From positions 1-38,186 of the forward strand of contig JAAZWY010000002.1 of assembly GCA_014240455.1 (NCBI GenBank): 38,186 nt of DNA, in the 5' to 3' direction. The stretch's first letter is position 1. Each line of letters begins with the position of its first letter. A program made the translations under genes and the position numbers. The stretch comes from Nanobdellota archaeon. GTDB taxonomy: Archaea > Nanobdellota > Nanobdellia > UBA10117 > ARS21. This document shows positions 15,984 to 24,808 of this stretch, in pieces. Below the pieces are notes generated by a model. The model was not told the origin of the DNA. It did not search any database and was given only the letters and a program-made list of their open reading frames with translations.

Positions 15984-16175
15984 TTAGTCTGTCGATAGCT
16001 TGACTTTCTTTGTTGCATATCCTGCAAGCTGATTTCTAATTTTCTTTGTCTTAACATCGGACAATTCCTGAACTACTAGTTTGTTTTTGTTAAAATCATC
16101 AGTAAACCTTGCTCCATGCTTAGCTAAGAGTTCATCTACTAATCTCTTTGTAAATTTGGTTCGGATTCGTCCCAT
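15984..16175 (-). CDS. rps17e: 30S ribosomal protein S17e (eS17)
   Basis: MGRIRTKFTKRLVDELL...F..DF..NK is the typical eS17 N-terminus. 63 aa. Confidence 0.9.
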   Translation of the reverse strand: MGRIRTKFTKRLVDELLAKHGARFTDDFNKNKLVVQELSDVKTKKIRNQLAGYATKKVKLSTD

Positions 16176-16196
16176 ACTCTTTGCGTCAGATACGAC

Positions 16197-16204
16197 TTTA
16201 AAAA
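16197..16204 (-). promoter_or_regulatory. TATA box for rps17e-alba
   Basis: tttttaaa on the - strand, centred 25.5 nt upstream of ATG 16175. alba follows rps17e after 8 nt. Confidence 0.55.
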
Positions 16205-16229
16205 GCTTGTTGTTGGCTAGCGTGGATAA

Positions 16230-17414
16230 TTACTTTCCTGCTATGATTTCAATTATATCTAGGTGTTTTAGATTGTGCTCCTTTCCAACAGTTTGTTTTG
16301 TTCTTACGTCGACTGCTCGGATGAATTTGTCTCCAAAATCAGTATGAAGTCTGTATGCGAAGTCCAAAGCCGTACTCCCTTTTGGCATTAAGAAACAATC
16401 TGGTAAAACATTTCCTTTTGAATCCTCTAATTTGCTTACTCCTCCGGGATGGATTGCAATATATTCAAGAATATCAAATACAATTGTGTTTAGAATATCC
16501 TGAACTCCCGTTGATTTATTTGTTTCCAAGAATTTCTTAACTTGTGCCAGGGCTTCTTTTTGTTTGTCAGTTAAGTTTCCTTTGATTTCGAAATGATTTT
16601 CTCCAGGAATATAATCAATAAGTTTTGCTTTGTTTGCCTCTCTTAGTGCTAGTTCAAATTCTGCTGAACTTGGAATAATTCTACTATCAGTTTGAGATTT
16701 TATTCTTTCGAGATTTGCTTTTGAAGTTGATACGTCCATTTTATTTGCTGCGATGATTATTGGCTTTGCTTTCTTTCTTAATTCTGATGCAAATTTTTTC
16801 ATATCTTCTTCAGACCATTCTGTTAATTTGTTTGAAAGTTTAGAGTTATTGAACGCTTTTTTTACCATTCCCAGATTTATTTTTATTCCTGAAAAGTGTT
16901 CTGCGATTGCGCGATCTGATGGCGTTCCAGAAAGTTGTGCTTGTCTTGCAAACTTTGCCCAACCTCTTTCCATTATTTGGTAAATCCAAGTATCAAGTTC
17001 TTCTTCTAGGAAGTTTATATCATTGATTGGATCGTATGAACCTTTTTCTACAGATTCTCCTTTTTCATTTGTTGAACCTGAAATATCAATAACATGAATT
17101 AGCGCGTCAGCTGAACTTAAATCGTCAAGAAATTTATTTCCCATTCCTTTTCCTTCTGAAGCTCCTGGAACAAGACCTGCAACATCAATTAATTCCGTTG
17201 GAACAAATCTAGCTTTTCCGTGAACATATCCTTCTCGAGGATTTGATACTTTGTCAAAATCTCTTGCTGCATCTTTTATTTTTACAAAGGCAGTTCCGTG
17301 GTTTGGTTCAATTGTTGCGAAAGGATAATTTCCAATAAGTGCTTCTGCTAAAGTTGCAGCTCTAAAGAATGTTGATTTCCCAACGTTTGGTTTTCCTACA
17401 ACTCCAATTAACAT
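16230..17414 (-). CDS. ychF: OLA1/YchF-family P-loop GTPase/ATPase with a C-terminal TGS domain
   Basis: G1 GKPNVGKSTFF, DVAGLVPGASEGKG and NKMD motifs, plus a C-terminal TGS-like segment. Confidence 0.9.
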   Translation of the reverse strand: MLIGVVGKPNVGKSTFFRAATLAEALIGNYPFATIEPNHGTAFVKIKDAARDFDKVSNPREGYVHGKARFVPTELIDVAGLVPGASEGKGMGNKFLDDLSSADALIHVIDISGSTNEKGESVEKGSYDPINDINFLEEELDTWIYQIMERGWAKFARQAQLSGTPSDRAIAEHFSGIKINLGMVKKAFNNSKLSNKLTEWSEEDMKKFASELRKKAKPIIIAANKMDVSTSKANLERIKSQTDSRIIPSSAEFELALREANKAKLIDYIPGENHFEIKGNLTDKQKEALAQVKKFLETNKSTGVQDILNTIVFDILEYIAIHPGGVSKLEDSKGNVLPDCFLMPKGSTALDFAYRLHTDFGDKFIRAVDVRTKQTVGKEHNLKHLDIIEIIAGK

Positions 17415-17434
17415 AGTTTGATTTCGAGTTTGAG

Positions 17435-17442
17435 TTTTTAAG
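17435..17442 (-). promoter_or_regulatory. TATA box for ychF
   Basis: cttaaaaa on the - strand, centred ~24.5 nt upstream of ATG 17414. Confidence 0.5.
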
Positions 17443-17455
17443 AGTTCTTATTGAA

Positions 17456-18205
17456 TCAAAGAATTGCATACATTATTCCAATCCCTAGGATAAACCAAAG
17501 AATTTGTAATGTTGATTTTTCTAAATTCTCCTCCTTATGTAATTCAGGAATTAGATCTGCTGTTGCGATGTAAATAAAGTGTCCTGCTGCGAAAGGAATT
17601 AGAAAGTGAGTTAGTCCCGTAATTTGACCTGAAAGATATATTGCAAGAACTGCTCCAATTATTGCAGTTAGGGCAGTTAGGAAATTTAATCCCAGAGCTT
17701 TATGTCTTGAAAATCCACCGTGAGTTAATACTGCAAAATCTCCAATTTCTTGAGGAATTTCGTGGAGCGCAACTGCTATTGTTGTTGCGATTCCGACAGG
17801 AATACTTAGAAGGTAACTTGCTCCGATTAATAGTCCGTCAATAAAATTATGAACTCCGTCTCCAATTAAACTAGTTATTGCAAAAGGTTGTATTTTTGCA
17901 TGATTATGTCGATGTGGACTGTGGTGGCAATGTCGCCATCTAATTAATTTCTCAACTACAAACATTGAAAGTAATCCAAGAATTACATATAGTGCTGTAA
18001 TTGTTTCAAATCCAATTTCTTCAATAATTTCTGGAAGCAGGTGTAAGAATGCAGTTCCAACTAATGTTCCTGCTGAAAGTGCCACCAAATACAGAAGCAT
18101 TTTGTCAAGCTTTGATTTGTTAATTGATAGCGTGAATACTCCTATAAACGATATTAGGCTGATTCCAACTACGCTCACTAGAATGTATTCTTCAGGAGTC
18201 ATCAT
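17456..18205 (-). CDS. ZIP-family divalent metal transporter (ZupT-like)
   Basis: 249 aa, multi-TM. His-rich loop HCHHSPHRHNH and the signature HEIPQEIGDFAVL. Confidence 0.88.
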   Translation of the reverse strand: MMTPEEYILVSVVGISLISFIGVFTLSINKSKLDKMLLYLVALSAGTLVGTAFLHLLPEIIEEIGFETITALYVILGLLSMFVVEKLIRWRHCHHSPHRHNHAKIQPFAITSLIGDGVHNFIDGLLIGASYLLSIPVGIATTIAVALHEIPQEIGDFAVLTHGGFSRHKALGLNFLTALTAIIGAVLAIYLSGQITGLTHFLIPFAAGHFIYIATADLIPELHKEENLEKSTLQILWFILGIGIMYAIL

Positions 18206-18226
18206 GGAAATATTTGTGTTCCGAAG

Positions 18227-18234
18227 TATATAAT
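18227..18234 (-). promoter_or_regulatory. TATA box for the ZIP transporter gene
   Basis: attatata on the - strand, centred 25.5 nt upstream of ATG 18205. Confidence 0.5.
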
Positions 18235-18255
18235 TGTTTCTTGTAGAATAAATAG

Positions 18256-18263
18256 ATTTAAAA
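18256..18263 (+). promoter_or_regulatory. TATA box for the CBS-domain gene
   Basis: atttaaaa, centred ~26.5 nt upstream of ATG 18286. Confidence 0.5.
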
Positions 18264-18285
18264 TTGAGGGGTAAATAGAGATATT

Positions 18286-18819
18286 ATGAAATCTGGAATT
18301 AGAGCAATTGATTTTATGAATCACAAAGTGATTACTGTAACGCCCGATATGACGGTTAAAGAAGCTGCTAAACTTATGAACGTTCATAGAGTTGGTGGAG
18401 TTCCAGTTTGTGAAGGTAAGGAATTACTTGGGTTGTTAACTGAAAGAGATATTATGATGAGAGTTACTGCTCTTGACAAACTTCCTAGTTCTTTGAAAGT
18501 TGGACAAGTTATGCAAAGTCCTTTGAAAGCGATTGGTGAAAAATTCGAGGATTTATCAAGCCTTGCTAGAAAAATGAGTGAACATAAAATTTCTAAAATT
18601 CCGATTGTAGAAGATGGAAAATTGATTGGAATTGTTACAAATAAAGATGTTGTAGCTCACGCACCAGATTTATTAGATACATTTATTGAAAGATTGGCTG
18701 CAAGCGATAAAGGTCTGGCTGGTCATCCTGCTGCATTCGGACAATGTGAAGCTTGTGGTTCACATGGACATTTACATTTTCAAATGGATCAATTCATCTG
18801 TGATGATTGTATCAACTAA
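18286..18819 (+). CDS. CBS-pair domain protein with a C-terminal zinc ribbon
   Basis: Two CBS repeats (HRVGGVPV...GLLTERDI and HKISKIPIVEDGKLIGIVTNKDV) followed by CEACG...CDDC. Confidence 0.85.
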   Translation: MKSGIRAIDFMNHKVITVTPDMTVKEAAKLMNVHRVGGVPVCEGKELLGLLTERDIMMRVTALDKLPSSLKVGQVMQSPLKAIGEKFEDLSSLARKMSEHKISKIPIVEDGKLIGIVTNKDVVAHAPDLLDTFIERLAASDKGLAGHPAAFGQCEACGSHGHLHFQMDQFICDDCIN

Positions 18820-19571
18820 ATTAAAATTCCAATAAGATTTCTTAGACCTTGTGCAAATCCTAAAACAAATATTGCCAGTAGGATTAATCTTGAGAATTCT
18901 TTATCCTCACTTTTGTTTAACAAGTAAAGAATTGGAACAACAACCGCCAATTTTAGTGGAATAAATGAAAATGACGAACCTGTTTTTTCTATTACAAAAC
19001 GAGGTAGTACATGTTTTTCAAATCCTCCAAACAGAGATAAAATTAATGCTGTGTTTACTGCGTCAAAAAGTTGTCCAGTATATGCAAAGATTGTTAATTT
19101 ATTTTTGAACCAATCTTGTTTGAATTTATTTGCGAGAATTATGCTGATCCAAACTCCGGCAACTAGAATGAAAATTATACCTGTAAGATAGTTTAAGTTT
19201 TGAAAAGTTGGGATTCCGTATCTTATTGGGATAAATAGTATTGCTAAAGCTCCTAGTAATCTTGGTCTTCTTAGAAATAATCCTACTAAGAATATTACAG
19301 TCATTGTTAGATATATTCCTGGGCTTACGCTTAGGAAGGTTTTTGGAATTAAATTAATGTCAACATATGCACGAGTTAATGCTCCGAGAAAAATGTAAGG
19401 AATTAGATCAATAGCTAACGCAGAATTAATTTTTATGTTTCGCTTCTGAAATAATTTATGTATTAAGAATAATCCTCCGAATGCCAATAGTGCGTAAGTT
19501 AGTGTGTTTACAACATTGTATTCATAAGTTGCATTAAATGGCTCAATAAAATATTTTTCTAGAAGTGCCAT
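18816..19571 (-). CDS. polytopic membrane protein, possibly DUF63 family
   Basis: 251 aa with about 7 hydrophobic helices. From memory, the N-terminal YNVVNTLTYALLA resembles the archaeal DUF63 signature. The family assignment is tentative. Confidence 0.55.
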   Translation of the reverse strand: MALLEKYFIEPFNATYEYNVVNTLTYALLAFGGLFLIHKLFQKRNIKINSALAIDLIPYIFLGALTRAYVDINLIPKTFLSVSPGIYLTMTVIFLVGLFLRRPRLLGALAILFIPIRYGIPTFQNLNYLTGIIFILVAGVWISIILANKFKQDWFKNKLTIFAYTGQLFDAVNTALILSLFGGFEKHVLPRFVIEKTGSSFSFIPLKLAVVVPILYLLNKSEDKEFSRLILLAIFVLGFAQGLRNLIGILI

Positions 19572-20056
19572 CCGCTATCTTCTTCCTCTTCTTCAAGTGC
19601 TGGTTTCTTTTGTTGTTCAGGCTGTTGGAAAGGTTGTGGTTGAACTGGTTGTGGTGCAGGTTGAACTGGTTGTTGTGGTTGAGAAGGTTGTTGTGGATTG
19701 AATGGATTTATTTGAGGTCTTGCTGGTTGTGGTGCAGGTTGAACTGGTTGTGGTCTTGGTTGTGCATTAGATCTTCCTTCAATAGTGGACATTCGTTGAG
19801 ATATTGAATCCATGTTTCGTTTTAATTGTTCAAGCGTTGAGGTAAGTAATTGTACGCTTCTTTGTATTGAATCTAATTTTTCATTACTTGGCGCAGCAGA
19901 AGGTATTTGTGTAAATCCTGAACTTGGACTTGAGTGATCCATATCCGCAGAAGGTCCTGGAACAGCAGTTCCGCTAGGTTTTCCAAATTTTTCGTCAAAA
20001 TGAGGGAACTCTTCTTTCTTTTTCTTCAGGGGATTAATTTTATCCAGAAGCGCCAT
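19559..20056 (-). CDS. hypothetical coiled-coil protein with a P/Q-rich low-complexity region
   Basis: 165-aa ORF with a TATA box (20078-20085) ~25 nt upstream. It has a coiled-coil segment (LDSIQRSVQLLTSTLEQLKRNMDSISQRMSTIE), a PQPVQPAPQP repeat region and an EEEEEDSGWHF C-terminus. It overlaps the downstream membrane gene by 13 nt. Confidence 0.6.
   Translation of the reverse strand: MALLDKINPLKKKKEEFPHFDEKFGKPSGTAVPGPSADMDHSSPSSGFTQIPSAAPSNEKLDSIQRSVQLLTSTLEQLKRNMDSISQRMSTIEGRSNAQPRPQPVQPAPQPARPQINPFNPQQPSQPQQPVQPAPQPVQPQPFQQPEQQKKPALEEEEEDSGWHF
19645..19751 (-). repeat. 29-nt exact direct repeat (19645-19673 and 19723-19751) in the P/Q-rich coding region
   Basis: ctggttgtggtgcaggttgaactggttgt occurs twice, 78 nt apart, and encodes QPVQPAPQP. 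Confidence 0.88.
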
Positions 20057-20077
20057 GGTAGTTGGTGCCTTGAATGC

Positions 20078-20085
20078 TTAAATAA
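20078..20085 (-). promoter_or_regulatory. TATA box for the P/Q-rich protein / membrane protein pair
   Basis: ttatttaa on the - strand, centred 25.5 nt upstream of ATG 20056. Confidence 0.5.
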
Positions 20086-20113
20086 TTTGCGTAGCTGAAG
20101 CATTGGTAAAGTA

Positions 20114-20121
20114 TTAATATA
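20114..20121 (+). promoter_or_regulatory. TATA box for the orphan three-gene operon
   Basis: ttaatata, centred ~23.5 nt upstream of ATG 20141. Confidence 0.45.
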
Positions 20122-20140
20122 ATCAGAGCAATTTGCTAAT

Positions 20141-21526
20141 ATGCCTAGAAAAAAGTCTAAAGGTGCTTCAAAGATTGAAAAAGCACTCTGGAAAAAGGTG
20201 GATTCGAAGGAAATTCACTATGAAAACTTTGCTGAAGGCATTGAGAAATTCTATTTTTGGGTTACAGATTTTATGGAGAGCACGCTACACTACAAACTTA
20301 GTAAAATTGAAGACACTTCATTCGCTAGTGTTGGTTCCTCGCAGTGGGGATTGATTGAGCAGAGAAAATCAATTCAGCAAGATAAAGCTGCACAATATAT
20401 GGGAACTATAGGTGGAATGATTAAGAGTATGATGCAAATTTACAAGGAATTGAAAATTATTGATGAGCGACTTAATTATTACAGTGAAGCAGATACTGGA
20501 AGTGTTGCTGCTGAGATTGCTCTGAAATCTCTTTGGATTGATTTAGTTGAAGGTGGTGCAAAACAACCAACTTCAGTTCTTGGTCTTGCATCTCAAGTTG
20601 GATTTGTTACTTTGCCTGACTTGTTCTTTAATATAACTCCGAAGGATTCTAAATCTGTTGATAAGGCAGTGGATAATTCTAAAATTGAGACTAATGTTCA
20701 AGTTAAAAATATCTTGAAACGAAAGTTAAAACAGTATATGACTTGGCGAGACCGAACTAAATCTGAATTGGCAACTCGTCGTTATTTCAATATTAAATAT
20801 TTGGCTCAGCACTTTAACGTAATTAAAATGTATGGTGATTGGGCAAAGCCTTATTTACAAAATATTGGTAGATTGAATCAAAAGGTTCAGGAAGACTATT
20901 CATATCAGTTGCTTGAAGGAAGTGAGAGTACGGTTGCAGATATTGAGTTAATGGGTCAAAGGAAGATAAAGGAGCGTGACACTGAATTTGATAAAGTCTT
21001 TCCAATAATGGTTGTAAACTTTCATCACCGAACTCGTCCAGTTAGTGCATATCAGCAAGAACAGCATAGAGGAAGTCTACATATTGGTAGAGTTGAAATA
21101 AAATTTACAAGTTATCTTGCGAATAAAAAAGGACTTGATGATTATAAAAACAAAAAGAAAACTGAAACCTTGAAACTTCTTAAGACGGTTGATGCTTCAA
21201 TGAGCGCTCTGTTAGATAGTCCAGATTCTAAAGCTGAGTTTGAAGGTTATTTGAAAGAAGCTGAAGGGATTAAGGAGAAACAAGCCGAGGATGAAAAGAA
21301 AGTAAAGGGAAAATCTAGTTTTGGTGGTTTTGAGATTTTTATCCCTGAATATTTTAAGAAAACTCAGAGAGACGCTCGCTTGAAATCTAAATCAAGTAAG
21401 AAACCAAAAAGAGGTTCTGATGACTTGACTGATGAAAAATCACTTGCTAAAATTATTGCAAAGGAAGATGTTGGAACTATTTTTAAGACATTTAAGATTG
21501 TCCACGGAATGTTGGTAAGAAGTTAA
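20141..21526 (+). CDS. hypothetical protein (461 aa), first gene of an orphan operon
   Basis: Long ORF with a TATA box (20114-20121) ~24 nt upstream. It has no P-loop, TM segment or signal peptide and ends in a lysine-rich C-terminal third. I recognise no family. Confidence 0.65.
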   Translation: MPRKKSKGASKIEKALWKKVDSKEIHYENFAEGIEKFYFWVTDFMESTLHYKLSKIEDTSFASVGSSQWGLIEQRKSIQQDKAAQYMGTIGGMIKSMMQIYKELKIIDERLNYYSEADTGSVAAEIALKSLWIDLVEGGAKQPTSVLGLASQVGFVTLPDLFFNITPKDSKSVDKAVDNSKIETNVQVKNILKRKLKQYMTWRDRTKSELATRRYFNIKYLAQHFNVIKMYGDWAKPYLQNIGRLNQKVQEDYSYQLLEGSESTVADIELMGQRKIKERDTEFDKVFPIMVVNFHHRTRPVSAYQQEQHRGSLHIGRVEIKFTSYLANKKGLDDYKNKKKTETLKLLKTVDASMSALLDSPDSKAEFEGYLKEAEGIKEKQAEDEKKVKGKSSFGGFEIFIPEYFKKTQRDARLKSKSSKKPKRGSDDLTDEKSLAKIIAKEDVGTIFKTFKIVHGMLVRS

Positions 21527-21527
21527 A

Positions 21528-22022
21528 ATGATTGGTCCAAAAGAATGGGAAGAATTGAAAAATGAAATTTCTAAGCTTAATCCTATTTTAAGAATGAAAC
21601 GATTGAAGGAAGCTCTTATTCGTGCATCGGATTCAAAACTTAAGAGTGAAATTAATGAATTGATTTTGAAATCTGAATCTGATTCAATTGAATTCTTTGA
21701 TTCTCGCGCTGCTAAACCTACTGTGTCTTCTTCTCTTGAAAAGTTAGTTAGTGGTAAGAAATTTGAGGAAGGGCGAAATGATAGAAAAATTGAAGATATT
21801 GCTATGGAAGAAAGTAGTCTGACTGATTCTGAAGTTAAGAAAAAGGCAGTGAATTATGATCCTAACAAAAAGACTGAGTTTTATGATTCTGATAATGATT
21901 CATTGAGTGATGCCTATAAACCAACTGAACATAATGCTCATGAAATTGAGTTTGAAGAAAACAGCTTAAATAAAAGAAAGGATTATGTAAATAGAGAGGA
22001 AATGGATTTTAATGGCGCATGA
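21528..22022 (+). CDS. hypothetical acidic protein (164 aa)
   Basis: Starts 1 nt after the upstream stop and overlaps the downstream start by 11 nt. It is acidic and probably helical or disordered. Confidence 0.55.
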   Translation: MIGPKEWEELKNEISKLNPILRMKRLKEALIRASDSKLKSEINELILKSESDSIEFFDSRAAKPTVSSSLEKLVSGKKFEEGRNDRKIEDIAMEESSLTDSEVKKKAVNYDPNKKTEFYDSDNDSLSDAYKPTEHNAHEIEFEENSLNKRKDYVNREEMDFNGA

Positions 22023-23958
22023 TCATAGTCACGGACACAAGCATAGTCCTGAGACTCCTGAAGTTCCTAAATATTGGCATTCTATGGACTCAACTCAATG
22101 GAGTTCTGAATCAGATAGAATTAAATTAGGAATAAGTACTCCTCCAATGCAGGATCAGCTTCAAAGTATTCAGGCGCGTATTCGTCAAGGTGCTCAAGCA
22201 GTAGAATTAGGATTTATAGGAACTGGAAAGGGTTCAGCAGGTCAAGGTAATTTTACTCCCGGAACAGTTGGCATCCCTGAGCGAGAAGCTATTAGAGATA
22301 TTGCAAAAGTTAATGACGTTAAAATTTCTTCAGTACATGCATCTATGAAAATTCAAGGTTTGGCTGGTTTTGATGGACGACAGGGATTCAGTGAAGCTAA
22401 ACGAGCCATGGATATGGAAGAAGTTAAAAGAACTATTGATTTTGCTGGAGACGTTACTGATGGAGGTGCAATTGTTGTTCATACTGGTGAGTTTCCGTAT
22501 AGCGTTCAGGGAAAGCATGGTGAAACGCCATTTAAAACTAAAGGAGGTAAACCGATTCAGTTAAGTGAAGGACAGGCTATAGCTCAGAGATCGGCTCAAT
22601 ATTTGGTTAATACAAAAACTGGAAGAGTTGCTTCTGAAATAACTCCCGATTTTGAAGTTGATTTCTTGGAGAAGAAAAAAGATTCTAGAGAACTAGAGTT
22701 TGAAAAGAAAACAAGAAAATATGGTTGGTTTGTTGATAAGGCTAAAGCAAATCTGGCTAGCAAAGAACTAATTGATGAGAACAAGACTGAATATAGCGAA
22801 CATAATCAAGGAATGAAATTGAGTAACGAGGAATACAAAAATACTTACGGTGATCCTGGATGGGTTGCGTTGCATTTTCAAATTAAAGAAGGTATTACAC
22901 AAAGCAAATCTGATGAACTTTGGCACAGGGCAAGATATCGAGAATATAAAAATGATTTTGATCAGTCTAAGATTCAGTTAAAATTGGCAGAAGCGTTGCA
23001 TTCACGTTCAGGTATTGCTGTTCCTGATGCGGAAGGGAAAAATCGTATCGATGCTTTGCGTCATAAAGTTGACATTTCTGAGCATCATGTTAAGGCTGAA
23101 GAAGAATACATAAAGAAATATGATCTCCAGCGGAAAAATGCTTATGATCAATTGTATAATATACGTCCAATTGAATCGTATGGTGTAAATAAAACTTCTG
23201 AATCTATTGCAGAGCTTGCACTTGATGCTGCACGAGTTACTCGTGATAAGAACTTAAAGAATCCATTGTTCGTTGCTCCCGAAAACTTATGGGGTGATCA
23301 ATATGGTGCACATCCTAAAGATTTACGAAAAATCATTGTTGATTCTCGATCCAAGGCTGTTGAATATATGACTGCTGATAAAATTAAGATACATGGTGAG
23401 GAAGTTAAAAATCCATTCAAAGGTAGAGTCAAGAAAGCACTCGGACATATGCCTTCTAAATCTGAGGCAAAAAAAATTGCCGAGAATCATATCAAAGCAA
23501 CTTTTGATATTGGACATGCGAACATTTGGAAAAAATATTTTTCTGGAGATGAAAAAGAATTCAATTCTTGGTTAGGTCATGAAGTTGATAAATTAACCAA
23601 AGACGGAATTATTGGACATGTTCACGTATCCGATAATTTTGGATATAATGATGAACATTTACCGCCTGGCTACGGAAATGCTCCAATTAAAGAATTCTTA
23701 ACTCATATGCAGAAATCTGGATTTGATAAAGAATATATTGTTGAACCTGCACACCATGATGTTGGTGCGCTTCATGCAGGAATGGAATTCTTACAAACTC
23801 CAATTTATAGAATTGATACTCAAACTCATCGATGGACTTCTCCTGAAAGGTCTTACTTTGGACAGACACACGTTCCGGGATTTGTTACTCCCGGATATTT
23901 GCCACACTCAGGCGGAGAACAAAAACCCATGGTTTGGTCTGAATTACCATTAGAATAA
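22012..23958 (+). CDS. xylose-isomerase/endonuclease-IV-like TIM-barrel metalloprotein with a large insertion and a His-rich N-terminus
   Basis: AP_endonuc_2-type strand-end motifs appear in order: AVELGF, SSVHAS, IVVHTGE, LFVAPEN, TFDIGHAN, GHVHVSDN...DEHLPPG, YIVEP. About 230 aa of charged helical sequence lie between HTGE (aa 157-160) and APEN (aa 422-425). The N-terminus is MAHDHSHGHKHS. Confidence 0.7.
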   Translation: MAHDHSHGHKHSPETPEVPKYWHSMDSTQWSSESDRIKLGISTPPMQDQLQSIQARIRQGAQAVELGFIGTGKGSAGQGNFTPGTVGIPEREAIRDIAKVNDVKISSVHASMKIQGLAGFDGRQGFSEAKRAMDMEEVKRTIDFAGDVTDGGAIVVHTGEFPYSVQGKHGETPFKTKGGKPIQLSEGQAIAQRSAQYLVNTKTGRVASEITPDFEVDFLEKKKDSRELEFEKKTRKYGWFVDKAKANLASKELIDENKTEYSEHNQGMKLSNEEYKNTYGDPGWVALHFQIKEGITQSKSDELWHRARYREYKNDFDQSKIQLKLAEALHSRSGIAVPDAEGKNRIDALRHKVDISEHHVKAEEEYIKKYDLQRKNAYDQLYNIRPIESYGVNKTSESIAELALDAARVTRDKNLKNPLFVAPENLWGDQYGAHPKDLRKIIVDSRSKAVEYMTADKIKIHGEEVKNPFKGRVKKALGHMPSKSEAKKIAENHIKATFDIGHANIWKKYFSGDEKEFNSWLGHEVDKLTKDGIIGHVHVSDNFGYNDEHLPPGYGNAPIKEFLTHMQKSGFDKEYIVEPAHHDVGALHAGMEFLQTPIYRIDTQTHRWTSPERSYFGQTHVPGFVTPGYLPHSGGEQKPMVWSELPLE

Positions 23959-23970
23959 ACTCTACCAAAA

Positions 23971-23978
23971 TTATTTAT
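23971..23978 (+). promoter_or_regulatory. TATA box for the 270-aa NTase-HEPN gene
   Basis: ttatttat(ag), centred ~26 nt upstream of ATG 24002. Confidence 0.5.
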
Positions 23979-24001
23979 AGTCTGAAGCATACTATTTGAT
24001 T

Positions 24002-24808
24002 ATGAAGTTTAAGTATCAACGACGAGCCAATAATCTTGAATCAAAATATCCTAAACTTGATAGAGATCTTGCACGGAAGTTTGCTAAAATTGTCAATGCT
24101 GAGTTGGGCGATTTAGTTTCAGCACTTGTTTTGTTTGGTTCTGCTGCACGAGGAAGTTCTAATAAAAGTAGCGATATTGATATTTTGATTGTTACTGATG
24201 ATGTTCATATTAATATGAATAAAGAGTTGGTTGAAACTTATCGTATTATTATACAAAAGGCAGTTGCAAAAGTTAACCCAGATAGACTTCATATTCAAAC
24301 TTTACCACTTACTACTTTCTGGGAATATGTTCGAGCAGGTGATCCGGTTGCAGTTAATATTTTGCGAGATGGAATTGCTTTGATTGACAAAGGTTTCTTT
24401 GACCCTCTTCAACTTCTATTATTGAATGGTAGAATAAGACCTTCTGGAGAATCAGTTCATACCTATATGAATATGGCATATTCTAGTTTAAATCGTTCAA
24501 AATCTGGTCTTGATAATGCTATTGTGGACCTTTATTGGGCGACGATTGATGCTGCTCATGCTGCCCTTATGAGTGTTGGAGAAGTACCAACCTCTCCTAG
24601 CGCGGTTGCAGATATGATTGATGAAAAACTTGTCAAACAGAAATATGTTACTAAGAAATACTCTGACATAATGCGGCATATGTATGAAGTCTCTAAAAGA
24701 ATTATGAAGCGTGAGCTTAGTAGTCTTGATGGTAAAACCTATGATCGATATCTAAAACACACTGAAGATTTTGTTGAAGCTATGAAAAGGGTTGTAAATC
24801 GTAAATAA
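24002..24808 (+). CDS. Pol-beta-superfamily nucleotidyltransferase fused to a HEPN-like helical domain
   Basis: LFGSAARGSSNKSSDIDILIVTDD is the minimal NTase G[SG]...D.D motif. The C-terminal ~130 aa are helical, in a HEPN/KNTase_C-like arrangement. The track start is TTG 23996, but the TATA box at 23971-23978 favours ATG 24002. Confidence 0.75.
   Translation: MKFKYQRRANNLESKYPKLDRDLARKFAKIVNAELGDLVSALVLFGSAARGSSNKSSDIDILIVTDDVHINMNKELVETYRIIIQKAVAKVNPDRLHIQTLPLTTFWEYVRAGDPVAVNILRDGIALIDKGFFDPLQLLLLNGRIRPSGESVHTYMNMAYSSLNRSKSGLDNAIVDLYWATIDAAHAALMSVGEVPTSPSAVADMIDEKLVKQKYVTKKYSDIMRHMYEVSKRIMKRELSSLDGKTYDRYLKHTEDFVEAMKRVVNRK

Noticed and set aside
19565-19807. 80-aa Trp/Leu-rich + strand ORF
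   Set aside because: It is the antisense frame of the P/Q repeat region and is kept open by repeat composition. The sequence is not plausible as a protein and has no promoter.
22012-23958. Calling the 648-aa protein endonuclease IV (nfo) or a specific sugar isomerase
   Set aside because: Only the generic superfamily strand-end motifs are recognisable. The Endo IV-specific signatures are not clearly present, and the large insertion is atypical. I therefore kept the call at superfamily level.
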